Source of the DNA: Flavobacteriales bacterium
GTDB taxonomy: Bacteria; Bacteroidota; Bacteroidia; Flavobacteriales; UBA7312
DNA: 64,000 bases
Direction of reading: 5' to 3'
NCBI GenBank assembly: GCA_029248105.1
Contig: JAQWJZ010000027.1
Coordinates: forward strand, 6,724 to 70,723
Below are positions 62,430 to 64,000 of the stretch, piece after piece (position 1 is the first letter of the stretch; each line of letters opens with the position of its first letter). The position numbers and the translations under genes were made by a program. Under the pieces are notes generated by a model. The model saw only the letters and a list, made by a program, of their open reading frames with translations. It was not told the DNA's origin and searched no databases.

Positions 62430-63554
62430 CTAATTTGTTGAGCAACCATCAGTGTTTGTTATTTCTACACGCTTTGTTGCTTCTAATTGGTTTCTTTTAT
62501 TCATTTCTTCAACTACCTTGTCAGCAAAATCTAAAAAGGCTACAGCCGCAGGTGTTGAGCCTTGCAATACGGCAGGGCGACCAGCATCGGCAGCTTCTCT
62601 TACACTTTGCACTAGTGGTATTTCAGCCAATAGAGGCAGTTCTAGTTTTTCAGCTAGTACTCTAGCTCCTTCTTGTCCAAATATATAATATTTATTGTTC
62701 GGTAATTCTTTTGGAGTGAAATACGACATGTTTTCTACTATTCCCAGAACAGGGACATTGATAGAGTCCATTTGGAACATAGCGACTCCTTTTCGAGCGT
62801 CTGCCAAAGCAATATTTTGAGGTGTACTCACCACCACTGCCGCACCAACAGGAATAGATTGTACCAAAGACAAGTGAATATCACCAGTGCCAGGTGGTAA
62901 ATCAATAAGCATATAGTCTAATTCGCCCCATTCGGCATCCCATAACATTTGATTTAAAGCTTTTGACGCCATAGCACCTCGCCATACAACAGCCTGATCG
63001 GTATTGGCAAAAAATCCGATAGACAATAACTTAACGCCATAGCTTTCAACAGGTAATATTTTACGTTTACCATTCACTTCTCTGCCGTTAGGTTTAGCTT
63101 TTACAACGTCAAACATAATGGGCATTGAAGGGCCGTATATATCGGCATCTACCAATCCTACTTTGTAGCCTTTGTCGGCAAGTGCAACAGCCAAGTTGGC
63201 CGTAACGGTAGATTTTCCTACACCGCCTTTTCCCGAGGCAATAGCAATGATATTTTTAACACCAGGTATCTCGTTGCCTCGAATGATATTGGGCTTTTTC
63301 TCTGGCGCATTAATAAGTAGATTGACTTTTACATCCGCTTTTTCAAAGACATAATCGTGTATTGCTTTGATGCAATCTACCTCAACTTTTTTCTTGTATT
63401 GAAGTGTAGGGTTGTCAATCTCGATATCCAGTAAAACTTCTGTACCAAAGATTTGAATATTGCGAATAGCATTGGTCGAAACTAAGTCCTTACCACCTCC
63501 GGGAAGAGTAAATGTAGAAAGCGCTTTTAATACTTGTTCTTTTGTAATTTTCAT
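62430..63554 (-). CDS. apbC: Mrp/NBP35/ApbC-family Fe-S cluster carrier ATPase
   Basis: An N-terminal DUF59-like domain, a deviant Walker A (ASGKGGVGKST) and DLPPGTGD. Confidence 0.9.
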   Translation of the reverse strand: MKITKEQVLKALSTFTLPGGGKDLVSTNAIRNIQIFGTEVLLDIEIDNPTLQYKKKVEVDCIKAIHDYVFEKADVKVNLLINAPEKKPNIIRGNEIPGVKNIIAIASGKGGVGKSTVTANLAVALADKGYKVGLVDADIYGPSMPIMFDVVKAKPNGREVNGKRKILPVESYGVKLLSIGFFANTDQAVVWRGAMASKALNQMLWDAEWGELDYMLIDLPPGTGDIHLSLVQSIPVGAAVVVSTPQNIALADARKGVAMFQMDSINVPVLGIVENMSYFTPKELPNNKYYIFGQEGARVLAEKLELPLLAEIPLVQSVREAADAGRPAVLQGSTPAAVAFLDFADKVVEEMNKRNQLEATKRVEITNTDGCSTN

Positions 63555-63594
63555 CGGGTACAAAGATAAGTAATATCGCTCTATTTAGAATGAT

Positions 63595-63918
63595 TCAAAG
63601 CAATTCTTTACAAGGGTTCCAAAAAACCTTTTCAAAGTCTTGAATTTGATTATCTACTAGCCGAATTCCTTCATTTTCCAATAGCTGTTGCATTAGGGTT
63701 GTATCATCAAAATGATACTTGCCTGTTAATAGCCCTTGTTTATTAACTACTCTATGAGCAGGAACTTCATAGGTATTGACCTTATTTAATGCCCAGCCGA
63801 CCATTCGAGCCGAACGAGGGCTGCCCAAATATTTAGCAATAGCCCCATAGCTCGTTACTCGCCCCTCGGGAATTTGAATAACGACAGCATAGACATTTTG
63901 AAAAAAATTGGCTTTCAT
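63595..63918 (-). CDS. MGMT-family DNA-binding protein lacking the acceptor cysteine (alkyltransferase-like, ATL)
   Basis: It is 107 aa and consists only of the DNA-binding domain. The motifs are IP.GRVTSYG.IA...G.PR.AR.VG.AL. The active-site PCHRV is replaced by PAHRVVN. Confidence 0.75.
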   Translation of the reverse strand: MKANFFQNVYAVVIQIPEGRVTSYGAIAKYLGSPRSARMVGWALNKVNTYEVPAHRVVNKQGLLTGKYHFDDTTLMQQLLENEGIRLVDNQIQDFEKVFWNPCKELL

Positions 63919-64000
63919 ATTAAGCGTAAAATTATGATTAAAAAATTCTTATATTAGTAGCTCTTAAAAATATGATTTAACTATGACTTTATCCACTGCA

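Noticed and set aside
63983-64000. ATG at 63983 (MTLSTA...), possibly the start of the next gene.
   Set aside because: Only 6 codons are visible before the window ends, so it cannot be supported.
1-64000. Scan for CRISPR arrays, tRNA/rRNA genes, IS elements, integrases, toxin-antitoxin pairs or restriction/defence cassettes.
   Set aside because: No spaced direct repeats, cloverleaf-capable conserved tRNA boxes, transposase/integrase-like ORFs or inverted terminal repeats were seen. Every intergenic gap is under 250 nt and is accounted for by promoters, terminators or small ORFs.

Overview
The window is a low-GC, gene-dense chromosomal segment, and almost all of it is conserved housekeeping. 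It most likely comes from a Bacteroidota (Flavobacteriia-type) genome. The evidence is four gliding-motility genes (gldE-gldD, gldB-gldC), type-A T9SS C-terminal sorting domains, TAnnTTTG '-7' promoter boxes with no obvious Shine-Dalgarno sites, and a Bacteroidota-style dcw cluster without murF or ddl.

Main content, left to right:
- lnt (partial), pssA, purS, lptB-tatC-kdsD, recQ
- an M20 amidohydrolase, a half-size TauE protein and an MBL hydrolase
- a minus-strand operon of a UbiA-like membrane protein, kynU, kmo and an MFS transporter
- gcvP
- three tandem paralogous T9SS-secreted proteins, the third frameshifted
- mlaFE-like genes
- a small lipoprotein ORF followed by feoA, feoB and a SprT-like gene
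- manC, fumC, arsC-family, prfB, recX, MFS, rng
- an untracked 29-aa basic protein, HU, mutY, ssb, gldE, gldD
- the full dcw cluster mraZ-rsmH-ftsL-ftsI-murE-mraY-murD-ftsW-murG-murC-ftsQ-ftsA-ftsZ, followed by gatB/yqeY
- an alpha/beta hydrolase, engB, gldC-gldB, nadE
- a DUF5686/CarboxypepD_reg gene broken by one in-frame TAG
- korAB, nfu, mrp/apbC and an Atl-like MGMT-family gene

I found no rRNA, tRNA, CRISPR array, IS element, integrase or recognisable defence island. I cannot point to a clear-cut new multi-gene system.

The best second-look candidates are:
1. the UbiA-like/kynU/kmo/MFS operon
2. the T9SS paralog array, whose third copy has a poly-T frameshift
3. several small genes missing from the ORF track (a bS22-like protein, a feo-leader lipoprotein, a 48-aa membrane peptide)
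4. a textbook MraZ operator
5. a stem-loop burying the rng ATG
6. the amber-interrupted DUF5686 gene

All homology statements come from reading motifs by eye. No searches were run.
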